The translations under genes and the position numbers were made by a program. The notes under the pieces are model-generated. The model had not been told where the DNA came from. It was given only the letters and a program-made list of their open reading frames with translations, and ran no database searches. From a virus, in IMG/VR virus record IMGVR_UViG_3300023174_000096, positions 32,001 through 96,000 of that record: a DNA stretch of 64,000 nucleotides, one strand, 5' to 3'. This document shows, piece by piece, positions 11,400 to 20,556 of this stretch. The stretch's first letter is position 1. Every line of letters begins with the position of its first letter.

Positions 11400-12085
11400 T
11401 ACTTGGCCGCGATGCGGTCGAAGAGCTCTGGCAGGGCAAAGAACCGCCTCTTCGTGCTTGGGTCAGACGGTGGGAGCAGCCCCTCCAGAGTGACCCACGC
11501 TCGCAGGGTGTTCTCGCGCACGCCGATTCTCTTCGCGGCTTCCTTGGTGGTCTCTTTTCCCACCCTCTCGTCCGCGATGTGCCTCTCCCAAGCCACGGCA
11601 GCTTCGCGGGCGTCGTCAATGTCCACATACCGGACCCCGTCCCGCTTCCCGGCGTAGCTGAACCGCCGCACCTGCACGCTGGCGAACTTCAAGATCCGCA
11701 GGGTCTTGTAGTAGTCGTAGCCCCACGACGGGTCGTCCGAGAGGGACTTCACTGACACCATCCCTTGAGGGGGTCCCGCGCGCAGCCCCAACGTGTGCGC
11801 CCGCTCGTAGATGGCAGGGCGAGTCCTGTTGGGGAGGGCTTGGCGCATCAACCGCATGGATTGGTCGTTCCACCCGTCGAGGAGGACTTGATCTTCTTCG
11901 GGCGTCCACAGGGCCGGATCAGTCCACCCGTTGAGGTTCAACTTCTTGTAGACCGCCGCCTTGGTCCGGTGTGGGAACCGCTTGAAGATGGCCTTCCAGT
12001 TGAAGCTGCGGTTCCGCACCCTCTTGGCCGTCAAGCGTTGGAGGTCAGCTAGGTCTTCGGGGGTCCAAGGTGTCGGTCGCGGCAT
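11306..12085 (-). CDS. Putative DNA-binding protein with two Myb/SANT-like repeats and a C-terminal HTH
   Basis: Repeats WTPEDL..W...FPHRTKAAV and WTPEEDQVL...LPNRTRPAI; C-terminal TTKEAAKRIGVRENTLRAWV HTH; ATG at 12085 chosen. Confidence 0.7.
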   Translation of the reverse strand: MPRPTPWTPEDLADLQRLTAKRVRNRSFNWKAIFKRFPHRTKAAVYKKLNLNGWTDPALWTPEEDQVLLDGWNDQSMRLMRQALPNRTRPAIYERAHTLGLRAGPPQGMVSVKSLSDDPSWGYDYYKTLRILKFASVQVRRFSYAGKRDGVRYVDIDDAREAAVAWERHIADERVGKETTKEAAKRIGVRENTLRAWVTLEGLLPPSDPSTKRRFFALPELFDRIAAKYQSPAERMPAERSSMRTLGTLPPATSTIPPA

Positions 12086-12122
12086 GGTGCAGGAGATTAC
12101 GCACGGAGAGCGTAAGTGAGGC

Positions 12123-12308
12123 ATGACCGACGCCAACGACGAGAACGTCATCCGAGCGATGACGGCCTATCTGGAAGATAGCCTGTCCCAAGAGAAGCTC
12201 CTGCGAGAGCTCCTCGCGAAAGCTGGTTACAACGACCCGGACGCCTCCGTGGAGGAGTGTGTGGCGAGGCTGGTGCAGGATCACCTCCGACTGAGGGTGC
12301 CGTGCTGA
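12123..12308 (+). CDS. Hypothetical protein (61 aa)
   Basis: GAGG upstream of the ATG; follows a GAGCGTAA motif. Confidence 0.6.
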   Translation: MTDANDENVIRAMTAYLEDSLSQEKLLRELLAKAGYNDPDASVEECVARLVQDHLRLRVPC

Positions 12309-12670
12309 TCCTCGACCACACCGACCTCGCCAAGCACCTTGACTGCGAGGCCACGGAGAGAGGCATCGTAGCCGTGCTGTACCAGAACACCGAGTGCGGG
12401 ATCATCTTCGACCTCGTCCCCGGTGGTGTGAAGGTCACCGGGTACTGCGAGGGTGTGGATGAGGCGTGTGAGCCCCGCACCCTCCAGTACCCCTTCGACA
12501 GCGCCACGTTCGACAGCATCGTGGACGATGCTGACCGGGACGGGGTCGAGCTCTGGAACCAGACCCACGGATGCCCGGACTGCTACCCGGATCGAGACAT
12601 CTACGACGACGGCCCCATGTTGGTAGACCCCGAGTGCGCCACCTGTGGTGGCGAGGGGACGGTTCTGTAG
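12302..12670 (+). CDS. Hypothetical acidic protein with C-terminal CxxC...CxxC Zn finger
   Basis: GTG at 12302 overlaps the upstream gene end; CPDC and CATCGGEG motifs. Confidence 0.65.
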   Translation: MLILDHTDLAKHLDCEATERGIVAVLYQNTECGIIFDLVPGGVKVTGYCEGVDEACEPRTLQYPFDSATFDSIVDDADRDGVELWNQTHGCPDCYPDRDIYDDGPMLVDPECATCGGEGTVL

Positions 12671-12680
12671 GTACAGTAGT

Positions 12681-12757
12681 GTCGGTGCGTCGAAGCGACG
12701 CGGCGAACGGCGAACCCCCCCTCGCCAAAGTTCGCCGTGTCACTTCGGCGCATCGGC
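12681..12757 (+). ncRNA. Long intergenic RNA hairpin (candidate sRNA or RNase III-type processing site)
   Basis: About 32 pairs including several G-U wobbles, an AAA bulge and a C-rich loop. Confidence 0.45.
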
Positions 12758-12782
12758 GTTTCAACCCCACGAAGCGCGAGCC

Positions 12783-13163
12783 ATGACTGACGCACCTCAA
12801 TGTCGCCTCTGCCGTGATGGCACCTACGCCACGATGTCCCTCAAGATGTTCTCCGACGAGGACTGCGAGTGGACGCACTACTGTGACCCGTGCGGCGAGG
12901 CGATGGCCTCCGTGATCCGCGACGGGCAGAAACGCGAGCCCGAGCGACAGGTCTTGGCCCCACCCCCCGAGGGGAAGGCACCGGAGGCGACCGTGAAGGC
13001 CCGGGCCAAGAAGAAGGCACCGGAGGCCGCTGCGAAAGCTCCTGCCAAGGCTGCACAACCTACGGCCAAGGCCCCAGAGGCACCCACACCGCCCGCCCGG
13101 AAAACGGCCCCCGCCAAGAACACGGGCGGCTACGACCTCCTCGCCCTGCTGGGGATGAAGTGA
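12783..13163 (+). CDS. Zn-finger protein with Ala/Lys/Pro-rich (histone H1-like) tail
   Basis: CRLC...CDPC motif, then KAPEA/KAPAK repeats. Confidence 0.65.
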   Translation: MTDAPQCRLCRDGTYATMSLKMFSDEDCEWTHYCDPCGEAMASVIRDGQKREPERQVLAPPPEGKAPEATVKARAKKKAPEAAAKAPAKAAQPTAKAPEAPTPPARKTAPAKNTGGYDLLALLGMK

Positions 13164-13390
13164 TGGGGCGACCGAAAGGTGCCAGCCAACAGACCCTCCG
13201 GGCTATCCGCCTCCTGCGTCGGCTCGACCGGGGGGAGCGCATCTGCCTCTACCGCACGGCAGAGGAATTGGGCGTGTCGGACCGGACTCTGAGCCGAGAC
13301 ATCCGGGTGCTTCGTGAGGCCGGGGAGAAGGTCGTCCGTCGTGGGGACAAGTTCTGGATCGAAGCCAAGGCAAAGGACGTGACACCGTGA
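13163..13390 (+). CDS. Small winged-HTH regulator (HTH_11-like)
   Basis: AEELGVSDRTLSRDIRVLREAG; TGATG coupling. Confidence 0.75.
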   Translation: MGRPKGASQQTLRAIRLLRRLDRGERICLYRTAEELGVSDRTLSRDIRVLREAGEKVVRRGDKFWIEAKAKDVTP

Positions 13391-13632
13391 GCACACTGAT
13401 CGAAGAGGCCCAAGGCGTTCTCGACGCACACCTCACCCCCCACGGGGCTACGATCCGCGCCGAGGAGCGAGACACCGACTCCCTGTACGTCACGGTCGCC
13501 GTGGGCGGTAAGACCTTCGACGAAACGATCCTCGTGGCCGGGATGCCCGCCGAGGTGAAAGGTGAGTACGTCCACTGCCGCGCCCATGCGCTCGCGGCAC
13601 GGGTGCTCGCCTATATGCACCCGGTGGCATGA
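13387..13632 (+). CDS. Hypothetical protein (81 aa)
   Basis: GTGA-coupled; genome-typical codon use. Confidence 0.6.
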   Translation: MSTLIEEAQGVLDAHLTPHGATIRAEERDTDSLYVTVAVGGKTFDETILVAGMPAEVKGEYVHCRAHALAARVLAYMHPVA

Positions 13633-13766
13633 ATGAAGGCTGGACGCGAGACGAACCGACCGAGGAACCCCCCGACGAGGTCAACTTCTGGAATCTCGTG
13701 CCCCTTGTCGTAGGCGCTTGGGCGGTAGGCTATTTTGGCGTGACGTGGTTTGTGCTGTGGAGGTGA
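13629..13766 (+). CDS. Small single-pass membrane protein (45 aa; not in ORF track)
   Basis: ATGA-coupled; translates [45 protein letters not shown]. Confidence 0.6.
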   Translation: MNEGWTRDEPTEEPPDEVNFWNLVPLVVGAWAVGYFGVTWFVLWR

Positions 13767-13768
13767 CG

Positions 13769-14662
13769 ATGAGGGACATCCGCTACTGGGCCGAAAAGAT
13801 CAACCCGCTTACGGACTACGCCTTCACGCAGTTCTTGATGGGCAACCGCACGTTTGAGGAGTGCGCGCAGGAAGCCCTCGACAACGTGCTGAAGGCCGAA
13901 GATGCCAACGGGGCGAGCGCCCTTGAGGGGATCGAGTGGGCGCTTCACGAGCTTGAGGCGGACGAGGCTGCGCGCGATGAAGTGGTGGCGAAGCTGGAGG
14001 ACGTGCGGGAGATGCTGAAAGAACGCTTTCGTCCCGTGGACGGCGATGCGAAGGTCGAGTTCCCCAAGGGCGCTCCCGGCATCCTCCCAGACCACGAGAT
14101 CACCGCGCTCGCCCAAGCCGGGATGATCACCCCCTATGAGAGCTCGCAAGTCTCGAAGCGCGACGATCAACGGGTGATCTCCTACGGGGTGAGCTCTTAC
14201 GGGTACGACGCGAGGGTATCCGACGACTTCAAGGTGTTCACGAACACCTACGGCACGGTGGTGGACCCCAAGAACTTCGACGACCGCAGCTTCGTGGACG
14301 TGAAGGCCCAACTAGGCCGAGACGGGTACACCATCACCATTCCCCCCCACAGCTTCGTTCTGGGCCGCACCGTCGAACGGTTCCGCATCCCCCGGGACGT
14401 GCTGGTGGTGTGCGTCGGGAAGTCCACCTATGCCCGCTGCGGGATCATCGTGAACGTGACCCCGCTGGAGCCCGAATGGGAAGGTCACGTCACGCTTGAG
14501 TTCAGCAACACCACCCCGCTGCCCGCGAAGCTGTACGCCAACGAGGGGGCGTGCCAGTTCATCTTCTTGCGGTCTGCATCCCCCTGCCAGACCTCCTACG
14601 CCGACCGCAAGGGCAAGTACCAAGGGCAGACCGGGGTGACACCCCCGAGGATGGTGAAGTGA
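13769..14662 (+). CDS. dcd: dCTP deaminase with ~100-aa N-terminal extra domain
   Basis: [35 protein letters not shown] and [12 protein letters not shown] motifs; GGAGG RBS before ATG 13769. Confidence 0.92.
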   Translation: MRDIRYWAEKINPLTDYAFTQFLMGNRTFEECAQEALDNVLKAEDANGASALEGIEWALHELEADEAARDEVVAKLEDVREMLKERFRPVDGDAKVEFPKGAPGILPDHEITALAQAGMITPYESSQVSKRDDQRVISYGVSSYGYDARVSDDFKVFTNTYGTVVDPKNFDDRSFVDVKAQLGRDGYTITIPPHSFVLGRTVERFRIPRDVLVVCVGKSTYARCGIIVNVTPLEPEWEGHVTLEFSNTTPLPAKLYANEGACQFIFLRSASPCQTSYADRKGKYQGQTGVTPPRMVK

Positions 14663-15375
14663 GCCTGTACACCGACTTCAGCGGCGTGCCGGATGGCACC
14701 TACGATGTCATCTATGCCGACCCGCCCTGGTACTACTACGGCGACGGCGACAAGTACGGTGCCGCCGGGAAGCACTACGGGCTGATGTCCGACGCTGACC
14801 TCGCAACGATGCCCGTGCGGGCGAAGTGTCGCGAACAGGCCGTGATGTTTATGTGGGCGACGTGCCCGAGGCTCGACGCCGCTTTGGACCTCATGGTCCG
14901 TTGGGGATTTCACTACCGAGGCGTGGCCTTCGTGTGGGTGAAGACCTCCGTCACCGGGCGGGTGATCCACGGGCAGGGCGTCCGCCCCACGGTGGTGAAG
15001 CCCACGACGGAGCTGGTGCTGGTGGGCAGCACGCGACCGATCAAGCGCCCGTTACCGTTGGTAGACGAAAGCGTCGGGCAGGTGATCATGGCCCCCCGCG
15101 CGCGGCATTCCGAGAAGCCCTTGGAGGCACGCCGTCGTATCGAACAACTGTTTCAGCCCGACGTGCGCCGCCTAGAGATGTTCGCCCGAGGCGGTAATGT
15201 CGCCGGGTGGGATCGCTTCGGCAACGACCTACACGACGGGGGCGTCAGCCTCGAAGGACTACTGCGAATCCATGACGGCCAAGAAGAAAGTTACCTCTCG
15301 GAAGGCATCACCGAAGAAGCCTTCGATCAAGAAGACCTCTCAAAAACGGGTCGCGAAGCGGACACCCCCGAGTAA
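14659..15375 (+). CDS. MT-A70-family N6-adenine methyltransferase
   Basis: [25 protein letters not shown] and LEMFAR...GWDRFGN motifs; GTGA-coupled to dcd. Confidence 0.9.
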   Translation: MSLYTDFSGVPDGTYDVIYADPPWYYYGDGDKYGAAGKHYGLMSDADLATMPVRAKCREQAVMFMWATCPRLDAALDLMVRWGFHYRGVAFVWVKTSVTGRVIHGQGVRPTVVKPTTELVLVGSTRPIKRPLPLVDESVGQVIMAPRARHSEKPLEARRRIEQLFQPDVRRLEMFARGGNVAGWDRFGNDLHDGGVSLEGLLRIHDGQEESYLSEGITEEAFDQEDLSKTGREADTPE

Positions 15376-15628
15376 GTCGGCTAAACAACCCATGCCGCCC
15401 GACTTTGAGGCGAGTCTCGATGAAGATACCGTGGCCAGCCTTCGATCTGCAACCGGGCCAAGAGACTACGTCCTCCGCACGCGCGCTGGGAAGTTCTTGC
15501 ACGAGGTATCCGACCTCGTGGTCGCCAATCAGTTGGCCCGGGCGCTGGGCGTGCGGGTCAAGGTGTTCAAGCGCACCAAGGACGGAGAAGTCCTCATGTC
15601 CTACAGCGGGCCGGGGAAGTGGGACTGA
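15272..15628 (+). CDS. Hypothetical protein with Lys-rich N-terminus
   Basis: [16 protein letters not shown]...; overlaps the MT-A70 tail; TGATG-coupled to the next gene. Confidence 0.55.
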   Translation: MTAKKKVTSRKASPKKPSIKKTSQKRVAKRTPPSKSAKQPMPPDFEASLDEDTVASLRSATGPRDYVLRTRAGKFLHEVSDLVVANQLARALGVRVKVFKRTKDGEVLMSYSGPGKWD

Positions 15629-15990
15629 TGTCCGAGGGGCACACCTGTTCGTGGGCGACTCCCGACGGTTGCCGCGAAAGCTGGGTAGTTCCCCGCCTGT
15701 GGGAGGCATCGAAGGGCCTCCCCGTGACCGAGGTTCGCCTCGACACCCTTGAAGAAGTCACCCTCTCCTACGGGTGGCTACGTCACTGTCGGGATGACTC
15801 GCACCCGATGGTCATAACCGAGATGGGGCGGGTGAACGACGCCGACCTCACCTACCCGATCATCCTGCACCCCGAAGGGTGGTTGATGGACGGATACCAC
15901 CGTGTGGCGCGGGCGTTGCGGGAAGGGCGGGGCACTATCCCCGCCGTGCGATTCACCTACGGGACGTTGCCCCCGCCGTCGAACGGCTAG
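15628..15990 (+). CDS. ParB/Srx-like domain protein
   Basis: ADLTYPIIL...LMDGYHRVARAL motif. Confidence 0.7.
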   Translation: MSEGHTCSWATPDGCRESWVVPRLWEASKGLPVTEVRLDTLEEVTLSYGWLRHCRDDSHPMVITEMGRVNDADLTYPIILHPEGWLMDGYHRVARALREGRGTIPAVRFTYGTLPPPSNG

Positions 15991-16382
15991 ACGGGCTTGG
16001 GACCGTTACCGTCCCACGGCAGGGCGAACTTCCCGTCGATCATCCGCTGGTTGACGCTGACCGTCTCCCCTTGGACGCAGATGTCCGCGAGCCAGCGCCC
16101 GTACTTGTCGGCCTTGTGGGAGGTCACCCGTAAGGGCTTCCCGACGAGCATCCCCTCCAGCGCCGCCTTCGCGGCGAGGCCCACAGCCCTCGACGGACCC
16201 GTCACTTCCGGGGTGTTGATCCCCTTCAGCCGGAAGGTGACTTCAGCAGTCTTGGTGAGCGCCATCGTGTCCTTGACGTGGAAGCCGAAGTCCACGTCAA
16301 GGGTGAAGGTCTTGGCGAGACGGAGCACCACCGTGTCGCCGTCGATCACCCGCACGCACGTCCCGTCGTAACTGTAGTCCAC
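15987..16382 (-). CDS. Staphylococcal nuclease (thermonuclease)-family protein
   Basis: RVIDGDTV, RLKGINTPE and DKYGRWLA motifs. Confidence 0.9.
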   Translation of the reverse strand: MDYSYDGTCVRVIDGDTVVLRLAKTFTLDVDFGFHVKDTMALTKTAEVTFRLKGINTPEVTGPSRAVGLAAKAALEGMLVGKPLRVTSHKADKYGRWLADICVQGETVSVNQRMIDGKFALPWDGNGPKPV

Positions 16383-16393
16383 TGTTCACCTGT

Positions 16394-17758
16394 TCAGTAG
16401 TCGATGTTCTCCCCCGTACCCGTACGGGAGCGAATCTGGATTCCGTTCGGCACGTTGCCCTTGTCGGTGGACATGGGGAACACGGCGTCGGGCGTGACGG
16501 ACCACGGTGCGCCCGTCTGTTTGTCGTACGTCTCGCGGTACGGGCGGTAGGGGTACCGGGTCTGCGGCCACGGGAGGTTGGGCGACGCCAGCACGATTTC
16601 CACGGGTACGTCGTACCGGATGTCGTTCGGGTCGATGTACGCGATGTTGAAGTGCTGCTGCATCACGTTGCCACGGTTCGTGGGACGGCGCACCGGGCCA
16701 ACGCTGTACCGCTCGTTGTTCTGCTTGAGGACGAAGTCGCGCATCGAGATGATGGGCGAGAAGCTCGTCCACACCTCGTAGCTGTGCTCTTTTCTCCGTC
16801 CGTTGGGCGTCTGCGAGATACGCTTCTCGGCGTCGTCCGGGGCCATCAGGATGTCGTAGGGACCCTCAAAGCCGCCAACAAATCCCGTCCCGTAGCAGAC
16901 CCGGCACCTGTTGCTGGGCTGCTTGTTGTAGGCGCGGGACTGCGGGTCGGTCTCGCTGCGGCAAGGGCAGGGCATCCCGCTGACCTTCTGGACGAAGAGC
17001 TTCACCCGCTCGCCGCCCTGTTCCAAGATCCAGCGGTTGCGGCGCATGGCCTCGCGCCAGATGTAGTCAAGCTGCTCGATCTGCATATCCGACGCGGGCA
17101 TCGTCTGATCCAACGGCGTCTCGATGTACCCCGTGGTTGATCCTTCCGCGACCGCCACCGTGGTCACCCGGTAGAAGAGCTTGCGGTCGATCATCGTGTT
17201 CGGGTAGAGCACGTTCCGGGCGGTGTAGTAGCTGACCACCACGGCGCTGTTGGGGCCGGGGAGGGGTGATTCCACGTTGCGGTCATCGCGCGGGTCGATC
17301 TCCACCTGCGTCTGGAGAGTGATTTCTCCCGTCTGGCCAAACACGGTGCCGACCCAAGCGGGCACGCCGTCGATGGTGACCAGCACGTCCTCCGGGGAGT
17401 TCGCGGGCACCCCCTGTGCGCGAGGCTTCGCGATGGGGTAGCGGGTCTTGAGGGTCCAGCGCGCCGCGTTTGGCGCGTCCCCCTTGGACTGCCACCCGCC
17501 CTCCCAAGGGATCACCTCACTGGAGACCAGCGCCACGTCGGTGAAGTCCCGGTAGAACGTCGCGCTCACCGGGTAGCTGTTCAACCGCTTGAACGGCCCC
17601 CGGTCGCTCGCCTCGCTACGGTAGACGTTCACGCCCACCACGTTGTACTCGGTGTTCGCGCCGATCAGGGATGGGTCATCCCAACGGATGTCCAGCACGC
17701 CCTTGCCGAAGGGCGACACGACCATCGTGTTCAGCGGCGGCTGCGGGTACAGGGACAT
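16394..17758 (-). CDS. Putative neck/head-closure virion protein (Fn3-like N-terminus, Cys-rich C-terminal domain)
   Basis: IRWD...GVNVYRS...FYRVTTVA Fn3-like pattern; CPC...CRVCYGTGF; preceded by the late-type motif. Confidence 0.55.
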   Translation of the reverse strand: MSLYPQPPLNTMVVSPFGKGVLDIRWDDPSLIGANTEYNVVGVNVYRSEASDRGPFKRLNSYPVSATFYRDFTDVALVSSEVIPWEGGWQSKGDAPNAARWTLKTRYPIAKPRAQGVPANSPEDVLVTIDGVPAWVGTVFGQTGEITLQTQVEIDPRDDRNVESPLPGPNSAVVVSYYTARNVLYPNTMIDRKLFYRVTTVAVAEGSTTGYIETPLDQTMPASDMQIEQLDYIWREAMRRNRWILEQGGERVKLFVQKVSGMPCPCRSETDPQSRAYNKQPSNRCRVCYGTGFVGGFEGPYDILMAPDDAEKRISQTPNGRRKEHSYEVWTSFSPIISMRDFVLKQNNERYSVGPVRRPTNRGNVMQQHFNIAYIDPNDIRYDVPVEIVLASPNLPWPQTRYPYRPYRETYDKQTGAPWSVTPDAVFPMSTDKGNVPNGIQIRSRTGTGENIDY

Positions 17759-17760
17759 AC

Positions 17761-17790
17761 CCTAGCGGGGGGATAAGGCGGGAAACGGCG
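17761..17790 (-). promoter_or_regulatory. Late-type promoter motif (TTTCCCGCCTTATC-N-TAG)
   Basis: One member of a motif recurring before structural and cargo genes (see findings). Confidence 0.55.
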
Positions 17791-17792
17791 GG

Positions 17793-18512
17793 TCAGTGCC
17801 AGACGGAGAACTCGTACTTGTAGTTGATCTTGTTGGCCTTGAGCCAGTCGTCGAAGTCGTCCCAAGAGATGCCCTTCAGCGCGTCCGGGCTGGCCGTGAG
17901 CATCTGGTAGAACTTCCGAGCCGCCGTGGCGGACGACGACTTGATGATGGTGTAGTGCGGGTCCGACTGCTCAAAATCGCTGTTGGGCGAGTAGGACTTG
18001 AACTCCAGCCACTCGGCCTTCACCGAGAAGTTCTTGCCGTACACCGTGATGGGCTCGACGTTCTCGGGCACCACCGAGAGGTAGTTCACGAGGTCGTCGT
18101 ACCACTTCACGCCAGAGAGGTCTCGCATCGGGTCGTACCCCGGCGTGGCGTGGGCTCGCACGTCGGCAAGCACCTTCTCGCTGGTCATCGCGCCGAAGAT
18201 CTTGTCCTTGATCGTGTCGAACGAGTCCATCGCGGAAATCTTGCCGTAGTGGCGGATGAGGTTGATGGGCATCCACGCATCGAACTTCGTGGAGAAGTAG
18301 GGGTTCCGCAACTCGGACACGCGGAGCTTGCGCTTCCCCTTGGCCGGGAGCTCCTCCAGCTTGAACTCGTAGCGGTCCCACGTCAGACGCCACCCGTCAC
18401 CGACGAGGACACCTTCCATGGCTCCCGCCGTCTTGAGGATGGGCAGGAGGTGAGGGCGAAGGGTGGGTTGTTGATGGGCCAGACGGATCAGCTTGGAACG
18501 GAGTGTTGACAT
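17793..18512 (-). CDS. Leader-bearing hypothetical protein (putative internal head protein)
   Basis: Begins [29 protein letters not shown]|G. Confidence 0.75.
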   Translation of the reverse strand: MSTLRSKLIRLAHQQPTLRPHLLPILKTAGAMEGVLVGDGWRLTWDRYEFKLEELPAKGKRKLRVSELRNPYFSTKFDAWMPINLIRHYGKISAMDSFDTIKDKIFGAMTSEKVLADVRAHATPGYDPMRDLSGVKWYDDLVNYLSVVPENVEPITVYGKNFSVKAEWLEFKSYSPNSDFEQSDPHYTIIKSSSATAARKFYQMLTASPDALKGISWDDFDDWLKANKINYKYEFSVWH

Positions 18513-18555
18513 GGGCATTCCTCTCACATCTCGCAGCTATAAAGAGACCAACGAC

Positions 18556-18804
18556 GTGTGGCATGTCTACGTCCTCACCAGCACCGTCCGGGCTGTCACC
18601 TACGTCGGCTGCACCAACGACGTGGGGCGCAGGGTGCGCCAGCACAACGGAGAACTCTCTGGGGGCGCGCGGTTCACCCAACGATGGCGACCGTGGGTGC
18701 TTGGGGTGGTGTACGGGCCGTTCGACGGGCGGGGTGATGCCCAGCGGGCCGAGAGGCTGGTGAAGCGCCTACGAGGCCCCGCGCGCCTACGATGGCGGGC
18801 GTAA
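18556..18804 (+). CDS. GIY-YIG nuclease (SLX1-like)
   Basis: VYVL...[23 protein letters not shown]...RPW; start codon uncertain. Confidence 0.85.
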   Translation: MWHVYVLTSTVRAVTYVGCTNDVGRRVRQHNGELSGGARFTQRWRPWVLGVVYGPFDGRGDAQRAERLVKRLRGPARLRWRA

Positions 18805-18826
18805 CTACCCGTGGAAAGGAGCACCC

Positions 18827-19324
18827 ATGATGGGCGCTTTCAACGAGGTAGACGACATGTTCCGTGGAGTTCAGTACAACAAGTTCACGAGTGGGCAGAT
18901 CCGCGAGGCGATGAACCGCAAGGTCGAGGCGGTGCGAGCGAAGATCGAGGAGCGCCGGGGCCGCATCGACAAGATCACCCGCGAGAACGAGATCACCCCC
19001 GAGGCCCTGTCCGACCTCATCGTGCAGTACTCGCAGGACCAGCGCCGGGGCGGAGGGGCCAAGATGTCCTACTCGATCCCGAACAGCAACACTTCTTCTG
19101 GCAACCGGACCAAGGAGACGGTGGTGCCCGCTGGGGTGATCGCCAACCTCGTGACCGAGAAGGAGCTCGTCACCTCCGAGACGGCAGAGGTGAAGCGCCT
19201 CGACCTCATCCTCCGCAACCTCAAGGACGACCAGCCCTTCGTGGACGAGAAGACGGGGGAGCTCCGTTCGCGCGCCGTGATCCACACGCTGGACGACGCC
19301 GAGATCGAGTATCTCGGCTTCTAG
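18827..19324 (+). CDS. Hypothetical coiled-coil protein (165 aa)
   Basis: AGGAG RBS; genome-typical codon use. Confidence 0.75.
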   Translation: MMGAFNEVDDMFRGVQYNKFTSGQIREAMNRKVEAVRAKIEERRGRIDKITRENEITPEALSDLIVQYSQDQRRGGGAKMSYSIPNSNTSSGNRTKETVVPAGVIANLVTEKELVTSETAEVKRLDLILRNLKDDQPFVDEKTGELRSRAVIHTLDDAEIEYLGF

Positions 19325-19365
19325 CCTGTCAGTATCCTCGGCCTTCCAACGTCCAGAGGGGCGTA

Positions 19366-20556
19366 ATGAAGACCATGACCGCCGCCCTCCCCAATCCCGT
19401 GGTTCACTACGAGATGATCCGCAAAGACCCGCGCAACCCGCTGCGGGTGTTCCCCGAAGACATCAAGTCGAAGATCCTGCACGACCCCTTCAACAAGCAG
19501 GGGGACAACCCCCTGCCCGCGCAGACGGTCAGCGCCTACAGCACCACCTACAACATGATGCGGTCTACCGTCGCTTACGAGCGCGGAGGGCAGCAAGTGG
19601 TGGTGCTGGGGCCACGGATGCAGGAGGCGTTCGCCAACACCTCGCTCTCCGAGGTGAGTGCGGAGCACATCCGTTTCCCCTTCCCCTGCTTCTACCTCGC
19701 CACCCCGCAGTCCAAGCTCAAGGCGTGGGGCGGAAGTGACACCCTGTGGCACCGGGTCGAAGGTGCCTACGTCATGGAAGACCCCGCCGAGCCGGGGGTG
19801 ATGAGCGTCCTCATCTGGGGCGCGGCGAACGAGCGGTCGCAGTTTCCCACGGACGACGCGACGTTCTGGTTCTCCATGCGTCTGGGCCACGGCGGGACGG
19901 TGGACCTCGACGGCGACCTTGAGAAGCGCCTCGACTTGGCCGAGCTTCGCGAAGGCACCCTGCGGAACATCGAACTGGAGTCCGCCGTCACCCGCATGGA
20001 CCTCGACGCGCGGGTGAACGGGGTGCTGGACAACCGGGGCGCGAACATCAGTGACCGTCTCGCGAACATCCCTCAATCCGAGGAGCTCGCGCGGGAGGTC
20101 AAGGCCATAGTCAAGGCGTTCCTGCGGGTGGTGATCAACACCCTGCTGTACATCAACAGCGCGTCGTGTGAGACCAAGAGCGCCGACAACGATGGGAAGC
20201 GCCGCGAGCTAGAGACTGCGCTGGGGCGCAAGAAGCACAAGAACGGCAAGGACGCCAAGAAGCTCGCCCGCGACCTCGACGCCCTCCCCAAGTACCGGGT
20301 GACGTGGATCGGCCCGACCATCGAAACGAGCGCGGGCGGCGACACAGACCTCACGGGCACCCGCACCGTGAAGGGGCACATTCGCCGGGGCCACTGGCAT
20401 ACCTACCGGGTGGGGCCGCGAAAGACCGAGGCTGGCGAGAGGATCGACCCTGCGATGCGAAAGGCGTCGCTGAAGTGGGTCGCCCCGGTGTGGGTCGGCG
20501 GCGGGGTGCCCGAGGACAAGCCCCGCGTCTACGGGGTGCGCGAGCCCGTCACTTGA
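19366..20556 (+). CDS. Hypothetical phage protein with C-terminal HxRRGHW motif
   Basis: GHIRRGHWHTY...KWVAPVWVG; true start at ATG 19366, directly within GGGCGTAATG. Confidence 0.75.
   Translation: MKTMTAALPNPVVHYEMIRKDPRNPLRVFPEDIKSKILHDPFNKQGDNPLPAQTVSAYSTTYNMMRSTVAYERGGQQVVVLGPRMQEAFANTSLSEVSAEHIRFPFPCFYLATPQSKLKAWGGSDTLWHRVEGAYVMEDPAEPGVMSVLIWGAANERSQFPTDDATFWFSMRLGHGGTVDLDGDLEKRLDLAELREGTLRNIELESAVTRMDLDARVNGVLDNRGANISDRLANIPQSEELAREVKAIVKAFLRVVINTLLYINSASCETKSADNDGKRRELETALGRKKHKNGKDAKKLARDLDALPKYRVTWIGPTIETSAGGDTDLTGTRTVKGHIRRGHWHTYRVGPRKTEAGERIDPAMRKASLKWVAPVWVGGGVPEDKPRVYGVREPVT

Noticed and set aside
18426-18512. Leader as a Sec/Tat signal or a DNA repeat/mobile element
   Set aside because: No hydrophobic core or twin-Arg motif; nucleotide copies diverge synonymously and have no flanking repeats.
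18811-19365. N-terminal 185 aa of the 581-aa ORF
   Set aside because: Overlaps the real 18827-19324 gene in another frame and is R/G/P-rich noise; the true start is 19366.
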